From Gemmatales bacterium (lineage in GTDB: Bacteria > Planctomycetota > Planctomycetia > Gemmatales > HRBIN36), in contig JBEPZY010000008.1 in NCBI GenBank assembly GCA_041640595.1, positions 66,566 to 130,565 on the forward strand: a stretch of 64,000 bases of DNA. Direction: 5' to 3'. This document shows positions 1-10,073 of the stretch, piece by piece (the stretch's first letter is position 1; each line of letters begins with the position of its first letter). The position numbers and the translations under genes were made by a program. The notes beneath the pieces are model-generated. The model searched no databases. It saw only the letters and a list, made by a program, of their open reading frames with translations, and was not told the origin of the DNA.

Positions 1-581
1 TCTGACACCACGATGTCGCTGGGATCAGCGAATCCGTGTTCCGGTTCGTCGAGCGCAGCCGTTTCCCACATGTAACCCACCTGCCCTGTCCAGCGCGTCA
101 ACCCGCTGGTGAAAACCCAGCCCTGATTGAGTTGCGTAGCCGGCAGAGAAAACCTCGGCCAGGTGTGTACCATCCAGCCGGATTCGGGCCGACCCCAGAG
201 AGCCCGAATCGGTCCGGCTCGCGGTGGCTGCAACTGCGATACCAGCCCTCGCAATTCCTGCTGATGAACGACCGGCTCATTCGGGCGGGACTCTTCCCGG
301 TCTGGAGGCCATTTCTCCCTGGCCAGTATCCGACCCGCCACCAGGTCCACAGTGACCGTTTCCCGCGTACCGGTCAATTCGACCTGTACCTGCGTGGCGC
401 CCACAAACCGCACCGTCAGGGGATTCAAGTAGGCCGGTCTGCTGGAGTGAGCGGGATCGCTTGCCGCAGGCCCGGCCCCGCCGGTTGCTGCATACAGGCA
501 CACCATCCCGACGGCCAGCCAAACCGCCTTTCTGGCCACCGATCGCACAGTGCTCCGAATCAGGCATTCGCGCCGCCTCAT
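1..581 (-). CDS. hypothetical exported protein, N-terminal part (ORF runs off the left window edge)
   Basis: The frame is open from the ATG at 581-579 (minus) to position 1. It is absent from the supplied track, presumably because it is truncated. The N-terminus MRRRECLIRSTVRSVARKAVWLAVGMVCLYAATGGAG looks like a signal peptide or anchor. It starts 57 nt downstream of the nagA stop on the same strand. Confidence 0.45.
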   Translation of the reverse strand, partial: MRRRECLIRSTVRSVARKAVWLAVGMVCLYAATGGAGPAASDPAHSSRPAYLNPLTVRFVGATQVQVELTGTRETVTVDLVAGRILAREKWPPDREESRPNEPVVHQQELRGLVSQLQPPRAGPIRALWGRPESGWMVHTWPRFSLPATQLNQGWVFTSGLTRWTGQVGYMWETAALDEPEHGFADPSDIVVS

Positions 582-637
582 GTCTGACTCTCCAACATCC
601 GGCCGCGATGGTGCCATTGTATGGGTTGCCGATGCGT

Positions 638-1948
638 TTATCGAGTCGCGTCTTCGCCCCGGTATAGAGAATCGCCGACGACCGTGTAACGAACACGCAA
701 ACGGTCAGTCGCCACGTCGAAGAGGACGAAATTGGCCGGCTGCCCGACCACAAATCCCGGTACCGGCATACCGAACAGAACGCGGGGTTGTGTCACGGCC
801 AGGGAAATGGCTTCGCTCAAGGCGATCTCACCATCCTGCCAAGCACGGAAAATACACGTATCCAGAAACGAGCACGCTCCGGCCAGCAGATTTCCTCCGC
901 GTTCATCCACGACGACAGCGCGACCACTGGGCGTAACCTCAATCGTAGTGTTCCAGAGCTGATAGCGACCAGCAGGCAGACCGGCCAGCGGACTGGCGTC
1001 GCTGACCAGCAAACAACGTTGCGGCGTTTTGCAACGCAGGATGCATTTAATGACCGCCGCGGGCAGATGGTGACCATCGGCGATCAAACTGGCCCACAAC
1101 GGATCGGCGGCCAGCTGATCCCACAGATAGTTCGGATGTCGCGGCAAGAGTAAATCGCAGCCGTTGCCCAGGTGAGTGCATAAACGCGCCCCGGCACGAA
1201 TGGCGTCGCAGATCTGCTCAGCGCTGGCCTGATGGTGTCCTAAGGCCACGATGATCCCCTGTTCGACCAGCCAGGAGATGAAATCGCATACACCAGGCCA
1301 GTGAGGAGACAACGTAACCATGCGGATTCGACCTTCGGCTGCCTCCTGGAGACGGCGAAACTCGTCCTGGTTCGGTGGGCGAATGTGTTCGGCTGGGTGC
1401 GCGCCTCGCGGCCCCGGTGCCGGGCAAATGTAAGGCCCTTCGAGATGAAAGCCGATAACGGCCTGGCGGATTGTCTCATCCTGCTGTGCCGCCAGTGCCA
1501 GGGTTCGCAGGGCTGCGGTTAGCGTTACTTCATCGCTGGTGATGACGGTTGGGCACAGCATAGTCGTGCCGTGTTGGTGACATAGCTCTGTCACCGCCCG
1601 CACCTGCTCGATCGTCAAGTGTCGCGACGTAAAGTTGTGGCCGAGGGCACCGTTGATCTGAACGTCGCAAAAACCGGGAGCGATGTATTCCGCTTCCAGC
1701 ACTGTCCCAGCGCTTTCCGCCGGCGAGGCACTGTCGGCCAGGCGAGATGCTTGCGGGAATGCGTTTTCAGCGCCCGGAGCAAGCTCGGGAAAACGTGGCC
1801 GCAACTGTGCAACTTTTCCGTCGCGCACAACGATTTCGACCGGCTGACCAGTGTCATAGCGCTTGCCGCGCAGCCTCACGCTCATAGCCCATTCCTGACA
1901 GCAGTCTTCGCCTGGTGCGAGCCAGCGCCCGTTCACGGTGACCGGCAA
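638..1948 (-). CDS. nagA: N-acetylglucosamine-6-phosphate deacetylase
   Basis: NagA/amidohydrolase-type motifs FCDVQINGALGHNF, GFHLEGPYI, ALGHHQAS, CTHLGNGC and LVSDASP. The true start is probably the internal MSVRLRG (about 1885). Confidence 0.85.
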   Translation of the reverse strand: MPVTVNGRWLAPGEDCCQEWAMSVRLRGKRYDTGQPVEIVVRDGKVAQLRPRFPELAPGAENAFPQASRLADSASPAESAGTVLEAEYIAPGFCDVQINGALGHNFTSRHLTIEQVRAVTELCHQHGTTMLCPTVITSDEVTLTAALRTLALAAQQDETIRQAVIGFHLEGPYICPAPGPRGAHPAEHIRPPNQDEFRRLQEAAEGRIRMVTLSPHWPGVCDFISWLVEQGIIVALGHHQASAEQICDAIRAGARLCTHLGNGCDLLLPRHPNYLWDQLAADPLWASLIADGHHLPAAVIKCILRCKTPQRCLLVSDASPLAGLPAGRYQLWNTTIEVTPSGRAVVVDERGGNLLAGACSFLDTCIFRAWQDGEIALSEAISLAVTQPRVLFGMPVPGFVVGQPANFVLFDVATDRLRVRYTVVGDSLYRGEDATR

Positions 1949-2009
1949 GTTGTCACCAGCAAACCGCCGGCATAATTACGGTTACTGGCCCGGTCGCCAG
2001 CCGATGTTC

Positions 2010-3560
2010 CTACTCCCATTCAATAGTGGCCGGGGGCTTGCTGCTGATGTCATAGACAACGCGATTGACGCCCCTGACTTCGTTGATAATTCGGGTGGCC
2101 ACGTGGGCGAGAAAATCATGCGGCAATCGAGCCCAGTCGGCGGTCATGAAATCTTCAGTGGTCACGGCTCGCAAAGCCACGACGTTTTCGTAGGTGCGAT
2201 AATCGCCCATGACGCCGACCGATTGCACTGGTAACAACACGGCAAAAGCCTGGGCCACCTGGCGGTATAATCCGGTTTTTTTGAGTTCCTCCAGGAAAAT
2301 GCTGTCCGCCTCGCGGAGAATAGCGAGCCGCTCTGCGGTCACTTCGCCCAGGCATCGCACCGCCAATCCTGGTCCGGGAAATGGGTGCCGCCAGACCAGC
2401 CGTTCTGGTAGGCCGAGTTCGATGCCCAGTTGTCGAACTTCGTCCTTGAAGAGGTCGCGCAAAGGTTCGAGAAGTTCGAAACCCAGTTCGGCAGGGAGTC
2501 CGCCGACATTGTGGTGAGTCTTAATCGTCGAAGCCGGGCTGTTCGCGTTTCCCCCGCTTTCGATCACGTCGGGGTAGATCGTGCCCTGGGCCAGGAATTT
2601 CGCCCCGGGAATGCGGCGGGCTTCTTCCTTGAAAACTTCGATGAAGACGTGGCCAATAATGCGGCGTTTTTCCTGCGGATCGGTCACACCCCGTAATGCG
2701 CCAAGGAACCGTTCCTGGGCGTTGACGATGTGCAGGTCAGCATGAAACGATTGGCCGAAAGTTTGCCGCACTGCTTCGACTTCGCCTTTGCGTAAGAGGC
2801 CGTTGTCCACGAAAATGCAGGCCACCTGGGGACCAACAGCCTTCAGCAACAAAGCCGCGGTTACCGAGGAATCCACGCCGCCGGACAACCCGCAAATAAC
2901 CCGGTGAGGGCCAACGCGCTGACGCAACTGCTGCACTGTCGCTTCAATGAACGATGCCATCTGCCACAGACCCTGGCAACCGCAAATCGAATAGAGGAAA
3001 TTGCGAAGAATCTGGCGACCGTGTTCGGTATGGGCAACTTCGGGGTGAAACTGCAGGCCGTAAATCGGACGCTGACGATGGCGAACCGCAGCAATGGGAC
3101 ATTGCGGTGTGCTCGCCAGTGAGACGAAATCTTCGCTGACGCGCACCACTTGATCGCCGTGGCTCATCCAGACAACACTCTGTGAAGGCAGGCCCTCCAG
3201 CAACGGGTCGCTGGTTAGAAACCGACAGGGAGTTCGCCCAAACTCGCGGGTGGGTACGGGTTCGACCACGCCTCCCAGGGCCTGACACAGCAATTGCATA
3301 CCGTAACAAATCCCCAGAATCGGGATGTTCAATTGCCACAACGCCGGATCGCAACGGGGAGCATTCGGCTCGTAAACACTGGCCGGGCCACCGGAAAGAA
3401 TGATGCCTTTCGGAGCCAGAGCGGCGATTTCAGCGGCAGGGGTGTCGTAGCGGACGATTTGCGAGTAAACGTGCTGCTCGCGCACACGTCGGGCGATCAG
3501 TTGTACATACTGCGAACCGAAGTCCAAAATGACCACACGTTCCCGAATCGGCTCCATCAT
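2010..3560 (-). CDS. guaA: GMP synthase (glutamine-hydrolysing)
   Basis: 516 aa. N-terminal class-I glutamine amidotransferase domain ([27 protein letters not shown]). ATP-pyrophosphatase P-loop [10 protein letters not shown]. Canonical C-terminus KPPATIEWE. Confidence 0.97.
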   Translation of the reverse strand: MMEPIRERVVILDFGSQYVQLIARRVREQHVYSQIVRYDTPAAEIAALAPKGIILSGGPASVYEPNAPRCDPALWQLNIPILGICYGMQLLCQALGGVVEPVPTREFGRTPCRFLTSDPLLEGLPSQSVVWMSHGDQVVRVSEDFVSLASTPQCPIAAVRHRQRPIYGLQFHPEVAHTEHGRQILRNFLYSICGCQGLWQMASFIEATVQQLRQRVGPHRVICGLSGGVDSSVTAALLLKAVGPQVACIFVDNGLLRKGEVEAVRQTFGQSFHADLHIVNAQERFLGALRGVTDPQEKRRIIGHVFIEVFKEEARRIPGAKFLAQGTIYPDVIESGGNANSPASTIKTHHNVGGLPAELGFELLEPLRDLFKDEVRQLGIELGLPERLVWRHPFPGPGLAVRCLGEVTAERLAILREADSIFLEELKKTGLYRQVAQAFAVLLPVQSVGVMGDYRTYENVVALRAVTTEDFMTADWARLPHDFLAHVATRIINEVRGVNRVVYDISSKPPATIEWE

Positions 3561-3615
3561 ACCGGCATTTTACGCATGGGTATGGACCAGTGCGGCAAGC
3601 TTGCAACCGCTCCCG

Positions 3616-3701
3616 GCCGGCTTGTGTCGTAGCCAATATACATGCGGAAAGCCAGGAACAGATGCGATTATCGCCGTTCGAGCCGGCTTGCGTCGTAGCC
3701 A
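3616..3701. repeat. intergenic direct-repeat pair, 66-bp period
   Basis: GCCGGCTTGTGTCGTAGCCA at 3616 and GCCGGCTTGCGTCGTAGCCA at 3682 (1 mismatch in 20). The sequence between the copies is unrelated. Lies in the divergent guaA / 3805 intergenic region. Confidence 0.8.
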
Positions 3702-3804
3702 GCAAGCCCGGGCGTGGTTTCCAGGGTTGCACAAGCTCGCTCCGTTTACTATGATGGTACGGACACATGGAAGTTAGGAACCTGCCACGGTCGGGCACAG
3801 ATTC

Positions 3805-4260
3805 GTGAGGGAGGTCCCGTCCATGACGGCTGCATGCTCGCTGCCTGCGGAATGTGCCAGCGTCCTGGAAGAAGGGCGCAAGGAAGCGCTGCGGTACAAG
3901 TGGATCAAGAGCGAAAAAGCTGGCCGCGATCTCGGCCAGGCCGCTATTGACGAATGGTCGCGGCTGCACTGGTGGCCTCACCTGCGCCATTGCTGGTTCC
4001 TGCATCTGCAGGGGATTCGTTATTACCAGGAGTTTGACGAGCGGGATTTCGGTTTGTTGCATCGGGAGTTTACCGACCCGCAAGACCGCGAATTGTTGCG
4101 GCAAATTGTCGAACGCATTTACTATCACGGTGCGGAGAACCTCGACATTATCCTGTGGGCGCAGGAGAACCGGGTGGATATGGAACGTGTGCATCTGATT
4201 CTGGAGCGTCTGGACATCAATACTCGCCGGCTCCGTTGCAAGTTTCCCCTGGAAGGGTGA
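3805..4260 (+). CDS. conserved hypothetical protein
   Basis: 151-aa ORF with protein-like composition (YKWIKSEKAGRDLGQAAIDEW..., RQIVERIYYHGAENLDIILWAQEN). Family not recognised. The start could instead be the ATG at 3823. Confidence 0.6.
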   Translation: MREVPSMTAACSLPAECASVLEEGRKEALRYKWIKSEKAGRDLGQAAIDEWSRLHWWPHLRHCWFLHLQGIRYYQEFDERDFGLLHREFTDPQDRELLRQIVERIYYHGAENLDIILWAQENRVDMERVHLILERLDINTRRLRCKFPLEG

Positions 4261-4296
4261 ACTCGTCCTGGCTTCGGGCAACACACGCCAACACCC

Positions 4297-4716
4297 ATGA
4301 CGTTTGAATATCAGCGCCGTGTCGAATTCGCTGACACCGACCTGGCAGGAGTAGTGCACTTCACCAAGTTTTTCCAGTACATGGAAGAGGCGGAACATGC
4401 GTTTCTGCGTTCGCGTGGACTTTCGGTAGTGATGCGCTATGATGGCGAACAACTGGGCTGGCCACGTGTGGCAGCGGCATGTGAGTATTTCCGCCCGGCC
4501 TATTTTGAGGACGTGCTCACCATTCGCCTGCAGCTGACCCGCATCGGCAGCAAAGCGCTGAGTTACACGGCGGAGTTTTATCGGGGTGAGGAACTGCTTG
4601 CCCGCGGTCAGGTGACGACCTGTTGCTGCCGCATGGAAGCCAATGGTCGGATGACTGCCATCGAGCTCCCGGCCGAAATCCGTGCGAAGTTGTCCGCAAA
4701 CGAATCGGCTGGTTAA
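4297..4716 (+). CDS. acyl-CoA thioesterase, 4HBT/YbgC family
   Basis: 139 aa. Hot-dog fold signature RVEFADTDLAGVVHFTKFFQYMEEAEHAFLRS. Confidence 0.85.
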   Translation: MTFEYQRRVEFADTDLAGVVHFTKFFQYMEEAEHAFLRSRGLSVVMRYDGEQLGWPRVAAACEYFRPAYFEDVLTIRLQLTRIGSKALSYTAEFYRGEELLARGQVTTCCCRMEANGRMTAIELPAEIRAKLSANESAG

Positions 4717-5933
4717 ATCCTGACCGCGCCGCCGTTGATGCGAATGACCTGACCGGTGATAAACCCCGCCTCCGAAGAAACCAGCCAGCAGGCCACCGCT
4801 GCGACATCTTCGGGAGTCCCCCAGCGACGTAACGGCGTTTCACCAACCGCCCGCTGCTGCCAGTACTCCGACGCCTGTTCTGCCCAAGCGGTGCGAATCC
4901 AACCGGGAGCCAGACAGTTGACGCGCACCTGCGGCGCCAGGCTCAGGGCCAGGCTGCGGGTGTAGGCCATCACTGCTCCCTTGACCAGGGCAAACAACTC
5001 ACCACTGTCGCCTGCCATGCCGGTTTCCGCCTGATCCCAGCCCATGTTGAGAATTACCCCCCAACCGCGAGCCTGCATGCGTGGCCCGACCTCGCGGCAG
5101 AGTCGCACCGTGCCCAGCACGTCGGTTCGCCAGAGCAATTCGAGTTTGGCTTCGTAGGGCAATCGTCGCGTCTCGCCGGTGAGGATGTCGGCACCGGCAT
5201 TGTTGATCCAGAAATCCACGGGGCCCACGTGCGACCAGACCTCCGCAACGAATCGTCGGCAGGCATCCGCATCGGTCAGGTCGGCGTAATAACACCACGC
5301 CTGCACGCCAGACGCGCGAGCCTTTTCTGCGACCGTCTCCGCCTGGTTGCGGGAACGGTGAGCGTGAATCACGACGTCGGCACCGCGCTCAGCCAGAGCC
5401 AGAGCGATGGCGCGACCGATCCCGCTCGAAGCTCCCGTTACCACTCCGCGACGACCGTGTAAATCCTGCCGGGTGAGTGTAGCCAGCAGTTCGACCACCG
5501 TGCGGCCCAGAACAGGATGCACCAGGGTCGGAGCAATCTCTGCCAGAGGTCCAAGCACAAAACGCCGCTGATGTAAACGGGGATGCGGTACGGTCAGCTC
5601 CGCCGTTCGGATCACCTCGGAGCCGTAGAACAGCAAATCCAGGTCGAGCGTGCGCGGAGCATTGGCCTCGCCCCGTTGCCGACCATGCTCGGCTTCAATT
5701 CGCAGCAATTCGCGGTGGAGCTGCTGCGGCGACAGCTCCGTCTCTACAGCGCAAACAGCATTCAGGTAGCGGGGTTGATCGGGCGGACCACCCGCGGGAT
5801 CAGTTTCCCAGAATCGCGACACCGCCACCAGCTTCACACCGGGCGTCTGCCGTAACCGTTCCAGGGCCGAGTTCAGGTTCGCCTGGCGGTCGCCCAGATT
5901 GCTTCCCAATGCGATGTACGCTTGCACTGCCAT
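4713..5933 (-). CDS. folK: fusion protein: 6-hydroxymethyl-dihydropterin pyrophosphokinase (HPPK) plus short-chain dehydrogenase/reductase
   Basis: The N-terminal ~160 aa carry HPPK motifs (YIALGSNLGDR, PRTLDLDLLFYG, PHPRLHQRRFVLGPLAEIAP). The C-terminal ~245 aa form an SDR with Rossmann motif VVTGASSGIGRAIALALAERGADV and NNAG. Confidence 0.85.
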   Translation of the reverse strand: MAVQAYIALGSNLGDRQANLNSALERLRQTPGVKLVAVSRFWETDPAGGPPDQPRYLNAVCAVETELSPQQLHRELLRIEAEHGRQRGEANAPRTLDLDLLFYGSEVIRTAELTVPHPRLHQRRFVLGPLAEIAPTLVHPVLGRTVVELLATLTRQDLHGRRGVVTGASSGIGRAIALALAERGADVVIHAHRSRNQAETVAEKARASGVQAWCYYADLTDADACRRFVAEVWSHVGPVDFWINNAGADILTGETRRLPYEAKLELLWRTDVLGTVRLCREVGPRMQARGWGVILNMGWDQAETGMAGDSGELFALVKGAVMAYTRSLALSLAPQVRVNCLAPGWIRTAWAEQASEYWQQRAVGETPLRRWGTPEDVAAVACWLVSSEAGFITGQVIRINGGAVRI

Positions 5934-6256
5934 CCGTTAGCACCCTGGATGTTCGCAGTCTGTGACAAAGGCGGTTGCCTGTTGATGCGGTAAGCTTCTG
6001 TCCTGCCGCAAAAATGCTCCCGCGGACACAGGGATATTTCCGAAAAACGGGCGAATCAGAGCGGCACCAGGGCGCAGGGACCCCGTTGCGTCCGTCGCTG
6101 CGTGTGTGGTTGTTCTATAAAATATGGCCGCCAGCCTGTGGCGGTTCGATGAACCTGGCAGGCGATGTGCTGGGGACAAATGTGAAAACGGCTGCGGGAT
6201 CAGGGATGACCGGAGGTCACGGCGAAGACACATCTGTTGCTCGATTCGGCAGCACA

Positions 6257-7075
6257 ATGCGGCCCAAGAATTCCGTTCCGCAGGTGCTGATTAGCGTCCG
6301 CGATGTTGCGGAAGCAGAAGAAGCATGGTACGGTGGGGCGCGATGGCTGGATATCAAGGAACCGCAGCGTGGCTCGCTGGGTGCCTCGGATGAGCACGTG
6401 CAAGTGGCAATTGCCCGGAAATTCGCCGGTCGGGCCTGGCTCAGCGTTGCCGCGGGAGAACTTCTGCACCCCGCCCGCGCACCGAGTATTCCCTGCTGGG
6501 CAGTGAAAGTCGGCCTGGCCGGATGTGCCCACGAGCTCAACTGGCCACAACGATTCGAACAGATGGCGGAAAGCCTCAGGCGAAGTACGTCCTTTCGCCC
6601 GTCGTTTCACCAGGTAGCCGATAGCCTGGCGCTGAATGCACGAGCCACCTCGACCGCACCCTGGCTGGTAGCGGTGGCGTATGCGGACGCGGAAAGCGCA
6701 GGTGCCCCGGAAGTGGCAACGGTGCTGGAGACGGCAATTACTCGCGGCTGGCCTGCGGTCATGATTGATACCTGGAGCAAGAATGGCCAATGCCTTTTCG
6801 ATTATCTCACTCCGGAGTTCCTCGCCGAGTGGTCTGGCCGACTGGGCCAGGCAGGGATAGCGTTCGGTCTGGCCGGTTCGCTTCGGTGCGAACATGCGGA
6901 CCTGCTCCAGGCGATCGCGCCTTTTATCGTTGCGTTTCGGGGGGCCGTTTGCCGAAATCACCAGCGCGAACAATCCCTTTGTCGCGATCGGGTGCGCCAG
7001 TTGCTCTGTCGTTTCCACGGCGGCGAAACTCCGGGTCGGCGTGAGCAGGTGCTCGATACCACCTGCCGGCAATGA
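6257..7075 (+). CDS. DUF556 / MfnB-like protein (4-(hydroxymethyl)-2-furancarboxaldehyde-phosphate synthase family)
   Basis: Start trimmed to the ATG at 6257 (MRPKNSVPQ). VLISVRDVAEAEEAWYGGARWLDIKEPQRGSLGAS matches the family N-terminal signature as I recall it. The track ORF (5975) adds an implausible 94-aa leader. Confidence 0.7.
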   Translation: MRPKNSVPQVLISVRDVAEAEEAWYGGARWLDIKEPQRGSLGASDEHVQVAIARKFAGRAWLSVAAGELLHPARAPSIPCWAVKVGLAGCAHELNWPQRFEQMAESLRRSTSFRPSFHQVADSLALNARATSTAPWLVAVAYADAESAGAPEVATVLETAITRGWPAVMIDTWSKNGQCLFDYLTPEFLAEWSGRLGQAGIAFGLAGSLRCEHADLLQAIAPFIVAFRGAVCRNHQREQSLCRDRVRQLLCRFHGGETPGRREQVLDTTCRQ

Positions 7076-7111
7076 GCATCGGGCCTTCCGAAGCAAGGGC
7101 CGGAAGAGTGC

Positions 7112-8095
7112 ATGAAAACAGTGCAGCACAGTCGTACGGACTCCGGTGTTCTACGCATCGCTGCGCCGGCAAAAGTGAATCTTTTCCTGGAAGTGCTCGG
7201 TCGGCGCGACGACGGTTTCCATGAGATTGAAACGTTGATGGTGCAGGTCGGGCTGTGCGATACTCTGAGCGTCGAGGAAACAGCCCCGGCACAGGTGCAT
7301 CTGGAGGTGATCAAGGGCGGTGATTGTGAGGAGTTCGGTGTTCAGCTGCCTGACTCTGGGCGGGACAATCTGGTCTGGCGGGCCGCCGAATCTTTGCGCC
7401 AGCATACGCAATGCCCACGCGGTGCCCGTATCGTTTTAGAAAAGCGCATCCCCATCGGTGCCGGGCTGGGAGGAGGTTCGAGCGATGCGGCTGCGACTTT
7501 GCGCTTGCTTGATTTACTCTGGCAGCTTGCCTTGCCCACCGAGGAACTGATGTCGCTGGCGGCCAGTCTGGGCAGTGACGTACCGTTCTTTCTCAACGGG
7601 CCGGTCGCCTGGTGTCGCGGTCGTGGTGAACGGGTCGAACCTTTCTCCGGTATGTTTCCGTGCTGGTTCCTGTTACTGTCGCCGGCGATGCTGGTGAGCA
7701 CGGCTCGCGTGTACCAGCATGTGCGGATTCCCGAGCAACCGCGGTCCGGTTCTGAGTTGGTCGTTCGTTTGCGGGAGAAAAACGTCGAGGCCTTGCGCTC
7801 CGCGCTCTTCAATCGCCTGGAAGAAGCGGCTCTGGAAGCCTATCCGCAATTGCGAGCAATACGGGAAACACTTGATGTCTGCGGATTAACGCACGCTCAG
7901 TTGAGCGGCAGCGGTGGCACTTTTTTCGCAGTGTTTGCAGTTGCCGAAGAGGCACACCAGGCCGCCGAAGATTTCCAACGCCATTACGCGAGTCGCGGTG
8001 GTGTGCCGGTGCGCACAATAGTCGTACCTTCGTTCCTCAACGCACCTACGCCGGAAGGCGAACCGCCAGAATCGGCCCAAAACGATCCGCGATAG
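7112..8095 (+). CDS. ispE: 4-diphosphocytidyl-2-C-methyl-D-erythritol kinase
   Basis: APAKVNLFLEVLGRRDDGFHEIETL and the GHMP kinase motif PIGAGLGGGSSDAAA. Confidence 0.93.
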   Translation: MKTVQHSRTDSGVLRIAAPAKVNLFLEVLGRRDDGFHEIETLMVQVGLCDTLSVEETAPAQVHLEVIKGGDCEEFGVQLPDSGRDNLVWRAAESLRQHTQCPRGARIVLEKRIPIGAGLGGGSSDAAATLRLLDLLWQLALPTEELMSLAASLGSDVPFFLNGPVAWCRGRGERVEPFSGMFPCWFLLLSPAMLVSTARVYQHVRIPEQPRSGSELVVRLREKNVEALRSALFNRLEEAALEAYPQLRAIRETLDVCGLTHAQLSGSGGTFFAVFAVAEEAHQAAEDFQRHYASRGGVPVRTIVVPSFLNAPTPEGEPPESAQNDPR

Positions 8096-8135
8096 ATGCA
8101 TCAACTCGTCCTGATACATCGTTTGCAGCGGCAGC

Positions 8136-8229
8136 CAGCGAAGTTGTACGTAAGCGCGTCGGCAACGCCACCAGCCATGGCGACTGACGACCGGCGACCA
8201 GCAGCGAAGTTGCACGTTAGTGCGTGAGC
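8136..8229. repeat. intergenic direct-repeat pair, 66-bp period
   Basis: CAGCGAAGTTGTACGTAAGCGCGT at 8136 and CAGCGAAGTTGCACGTTAGTGCGT at 8202. Lies in the convergent ispE / 8288 intergenic region. Confidence 0.8.
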
Positions 8230-8287
8230 AGCCGACAACGTGGGCAACGTGGCGTTCATCCAGATGCGTCCCTGCACACAAATGGAA

Positions 8288-8830
8288 TTACACCGCGGGC
8301 GGCAAGCTGCCACTGGTTACCAGCGCATTCCAGCGGCGATAGGCCAAATAATCCCCTTCCGGAATAGGAATGGCGTTGTCGAGCGGGCGGTTGTACACGT
8401 ACATCCAGCACGGCATGGTCTGGTTGTCCGTCAGGCGAACAACGACAGGTACCCTGCGAAACAGGCTCCGCTCCGGATAACGGGCATCGTATCCTTCGTA
8501 AGCATCGAGCGAAACAATCACGGCCGGATCAGGGGGAAGCAGATAAACATCTCCCACAATGTCGCCATCGGCCTGGGGATCGAGGATGGCGGCAGGATAA
8601 GGCCCCAGGTCGTACAACCGACCACGAACCCGAGCAGTACCCGCATAGCGCAACCGCTCAAACACCGCGCGCAGCAGCTCGGGAAACTGCTCCTCATTCC
8701 AGATCGGATTTACCAACGACTGTTCTGGCGGTGGCATTACGTCGCGGGCCAGGCCTGGCCGATATGCCGGCGGTAGCAGGGCCCAGCGTAAAGTCCCGTA
8801 AGCGAAAAGGTGACGGTTGGCGGTTCTCAT
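8288..8830 (-). CDS. gamma-glutamylcyclotransferase (AIG2/GGACT-like) family protein
   Basis: 180 aa. N-terminal HLFAYGTLR signature plus a conserved YEGY region. Its start overlaps the upstream stop by 4 nt, suggesting translational coupling. Confidence 0.75.
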   Translation of the reverse strand: MRTANRHLFAYGTLRWALLPPAYRPGLARDVMPPPEQSLVNPIWNEEQFPELLRAVFERLRYAGTARVRGRLYDLGPYPAAILDPQADGDIVGDVYLLPPDPAVIVSLDAYEGYDARYPERSLFRRVPVVVRLTDNQTMPCWMYVYNRPLDNAIPIPEGDYLAYRRWNALVTSGSLPPAV

Positions 8831-9960
8831 AGTTCGGCAGCATCCAGCTGATCGAGCAAGCGATCGAGATCGTCTTTGGGAGCCTGGGGCTGTTGAGCAC
8901 GGCGTTTGGGAATGCCGACGGTCATCCCGACTGCCTGACGACCTGCGGCCAGCAATTCCCGATCCCGTTCGGCTGCGGCAATCTGTAAGGCGTCCGCTCC
9001 GCCGAACAGTCGCGAGAGGTCTATTTTCAACCCGTCAATTTCTCCCCCTAAAGCACCGGCGATAGCAGGGGACTTGTACTCCGGGAAAATAATGGCGTGT
9101 TCCGGACAGACACGGCTACAGGCGGGGCAGCCTTTGCGGCATTCGTCCTGATGCTGCACGTAAATCAGCCCATCCTCGGTTGTCCCGTACACGCCGAACA
9201 AACAGAAATTCAGGCATTCCAGACAATTGGTACAGCGGGAATAATCAATCACCGGATACCAGCGGCGTGCCGGTGGTCGGAGCAATTCGTCGGTACCGTT
9301 GCTGACGGTCTGGTGAGTGCCAGTCGCGGTATCGCTCGCCGTGCTTGCTTTCGTCTCCGCCTCGGTGCGGTTCGGAGCCGCAACCGTGCGTATTCCCAGT
9401 TGCAGCAATGGCGAAGCCTGGGAACGGCGAGATTCGGCGCGGCTTGCACACTCTTCGTAAATGCGATGAATTTCGGTCAAAAACGGCTCGGCCTGTTCGC
9501 TGTCGCGCAAATCCAGGCAGTAAATGTAGCGGTCCGGTGGAGGTGGACGGAGTCGGTCGGCCCGAGTGACTGCCTGACCGTTTGCGGTCGGCTCCTCAGC
9601 CGCGTTCGCGGTGTCGGATGGGACAGCGGATTGGGTCGAATCCGACGCTGCTTCCGACTCTGCGTCGTTCGGCTGGCGTAATTGCGTTTCGCCCCAGTGC
9701 CCCCGTACACCGTCGCGATCGAGCACCCAGAAAGTCGCCCGGGGATATAACCACGCCAGCACCACCAGATCGCCCCGCACTCGCTCCAGAAATAAGCGTG
9801 CCGGATGCTCAGCGTCGAGATCGTACAGATGCGGGATCACGACCACTTCAAACCGTGGGTCGCCAAACAACGCGGTTACGATGGCCTCTTCCAGGGCACG
9901 CTTGGCAGGATGTTTTCCCTGGGCTTGCGAGACGACCACCGTCAGGACGTAGCGACTCAT
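8827..9960 (-). CDS. 4Fe-4S ferredoxin-domain protein with uncharacterised N-terminal domain
   Basis: Two Cys clusters in the C-terminal third: CTNCLECLNFC and CRKGCPACSRVCP (...EHAIIF). The N-terminal ~100 aa and the low-complexity linker are not recognised. Confidence 0.75.
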   Translation of the reverse strand: MSRYVLTVVVSQAQGKHPAKRALEEAIVTALFGDPRFEVVVIPHLYDLDAEHPARLFLERVRGDLVVLAWLYPRATFWVLDRDGVRGHWGETQLRQPNDAESEAASDSTQSAVPSDTANAAEEPTANGQAVTRADRLRPPPPDRYIYCLDLRDSEQAEPFLTEIHRIYEECASRAESRRSQASPLLQLGIRTVAAPNRTEAETKASTASDTATGTHQTVSNGTDELLRPPARRWYPVIDYSRCTNCLECLNFCLFGVYGTTEDGLIYVQHQDECRKGCPACSRVCPEHAIIFPEYKSPAIAGALGGEIDGLKIDLSRLFGGADALQIAAAERDRELLAAGRQAVGMTVGIPKRRAQQPQAPKDDLDRLLDQLDAAEL

Positions 9961-10073
9961 GAGGTAGAGCCCGTACAGTTCGGCGGATGTTATGCCGCCA
10001 GGTTGCCTGAATCAGGAAGTCGAAGCGGCTACCGGTTGTATTCGCCAGGCGGATAGTTTCGGCGAATTATTTT

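Noticed and set aside
3430-4452. Long antisense or overlapping ORFs such as 3430-4452(-), 6200-7129(-), 13850-14668(-), 25515-26240(-), 27923-28819(-), 47277-48251(+) and 50293-51126(+)
   Set aside because: Each lies opposite to, or out of frame with, a gene that has clear family motifs, and has Arg/Cys/Pro/Trp-rich composition. These are typical GC-rich shadow ORFs.
4713-4716. Convergent thioesterase and HPPK-SDR genes sharing a palindromic TTAA that provides both stop codons
   Set aside because: The overlap is real but a trivial consequence of compact convergent genes, with no evidence of function.
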